Below, piece by piece: positions 62,635-64,000 of a stretch of DNA of 64,000 bases. A program made the translations under genes and the position numbers. Source of the DNA: Mobula birostris (taxonomy: Eukaryota). The stretch is taken from positions 37,470,961 through 37,534,960 of the forward strand of contig NC_092383.1 of the NCBI RefSeq assembly GCF_030028105.1, written 5' to 3'. The notes beneath the pieces are model-generated. The model did not search any database. It was not told where the DNA came from and was given only the letters and a program-made list of their open reading frames with translations. The first letter of the stretch is position 1. Each line of letters opens with the position of its first letter.

Positions 62635-63332
62635 GGTAGTATATTGACTGGTTGCATCGCAGCCTGGCATAGAAATACCAATGCCTTTGAATGGAAAATA
62701 CTATAAAAGGTGCTGGATTTGGCCCAGTACATCACGGGTAAAGCCCTCCCAACCACTGAGCACATCTACATGAAATGTTGTCATAGGAAAGAAAATCCAC
62801 CATCAGAGATCGCCACCGCCTAGGTCATGCTCTCTTAGGTACAACAGCCTCAGGACTTGCACCACGAGGTTCAAGAACAGTTTCTACCCCTCAACCCTTA
62901 GGCTCTTGTACAAAAGGGGATAACTACACTCACTTGCCCCATCATTGACATTTTCCTACAACCAATGATCTCACTTTAAAGCAACGCTCACAATACACTG
63001 GAGGAACTCAGCAGGTCGGGCAGCAACCATGGAAAAGATCGGTCGACGTTTCGGGCCAGGGCCAGCATCTACAGATTATTTTGTGCTTACGATCTCACTT
63101 TAAAGACTCTTTATCTTATTTTCTCACGTTCTCATTATTTATTGCTATTTATTTATACAAACGTATTTGCATTTGCACGGTCTGTTGTCTTTGGCACTCT
63201 GGCTGATCTTTCACTGACCCTGTTAAAGGCACTTTGATTTGATAAGTATGCCCACAAGGCAATGAATCTCAGGGTTGTGTATGGTGACATACATGTACTT
63301 TGATAATAAAATTTGTTTTGAACTTTGAACAA
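62635..63332 (+). mobile_element. Rex/Babar-like LINE 3' end with a nested Penelope fragment (62982-63090)
   Basis: SILTGCIAAW; tail GATAATAAAATTTGTTTTGAACTTTGAAC; 15-bp TSD GATCTCACTTTAAAG (62967-81, 63091-105). Confidence 0.8.
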
Positions 63333-63387
63333 AATAAAGTTACTAAAGCACAAGGGACCCCCTTGGCAAACACAAGATATGATTTGT

Positions 63388-64000
63388 TTTTTAGATTATG
63401 AGGACACTCAGACCTCGCTTATTGTCATTTAGAAATGCATGCATTAAAAAATGACACAATGTTCCTCCAGAATGATATTACAAGAAGCACAGGACAAATC
63501 AAGACTAAAACTGACAAAACCACATAATTATAACGTATAGTTACAACAGTGCAAAGCAATACCATAATTTGATAAAGAGCAGACCATGAGAACGGTAAAA
63601 AAAAAGTCTCAAAGTCCTGATAGGCTCATCATCTCATGCAGGTGGCAGAAGGGAGGAACTCTCCCCGCCATGAACCTCCAAGCGCCGCCAACTCGCTGAT
63701 GCAGCACCATTGGAAGCATCCAACCACAGCAGACTCTGAGTCCGTCTGAGAACTTCGAGCCTCCGACCAGCCCCTCCGACACACCCTCTCCGAGCACCAT
63801 CCTCTGCCGAGCACTTCGACCCCACCCCGGTCACCAAGCAACAGGCAAAGCGGAGAACTCAGGGCCTTCTCCTCCCGAGATTCTGGACCACACAGTAGCA
63901 GCAGCAGCAAAGCAGGCATTTCAGAAGTTTCACCAGATGTTCCTCCAAGTTCTCACGTCCGTCTCCATCAAATCAGGATTGTGCACGGCACCCTACTTGA
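63388..64000 (-). mobile_element. Unclassified LINE-type 3' region, same family as 1-372
   Basis: AGATTATGAGGACAC..ATTGTCATTTAG..ATGCATGCATTAA is the reverse complement of 313-370. Confidence 0.65.

Noticed and set aside
1-64000. Inverted homologous sequences at both window ends as termini of one giant element
   Set aside because: They are diverged copies of a dispersed LINE-like 3' end with tails pointing inward; coincidence with the window edges is the simpler explanation.

Overview
Eukaryotic, repeat-dense vertebrate DNA. The repeat set (HE1/V-type SINEs, abundant CR1, Rex/Babar-like LINEs, Penelope elements) points to a cartilaginous fish such as a ray or shark; this is inference. I recognise no host protein-coding exon, so the window looks like a large intron or an intergenic region. 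Most recognisable sequence is decayed and often nested transposons: a near full-length Gypsy LTR element (398-5247, minus strand), a 5'-truncated L1/Tx1 LINE with a 17-bp TSD, many CR1 and Rex/Babar fragments, Penelope GIY-YIG remnants, a mariner fold-back MITE, a Tigger-like MITE, solo LTRs, SINEs and a 44-bp G-rich minisatellite. The most interesting signal is at RNA level, with three classes of self-cleaving ribozyme motif on small non-coding retroelements. (1) An apparently complete HDV-like double pseudoknot (4602-4794) starts exactly at the 5' end of a 570-bp TSD-flanked non-autonomous RTE-type element and carries an unusual hairpin inserted in loop L3; a decayed second copy lies at 59345-59538. 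(2) About ten minimal type-I hammerhead remnants sit on Penelope-derived short repeats, including a head-to-head inverted dimer. (3) A degenerate twister-like motif lies in a second RTE-derived short element (20260-20320). All folds were derived by eye; none was computed or tested. Repeat boundaries are approximate unless a TSD or TIR is given.
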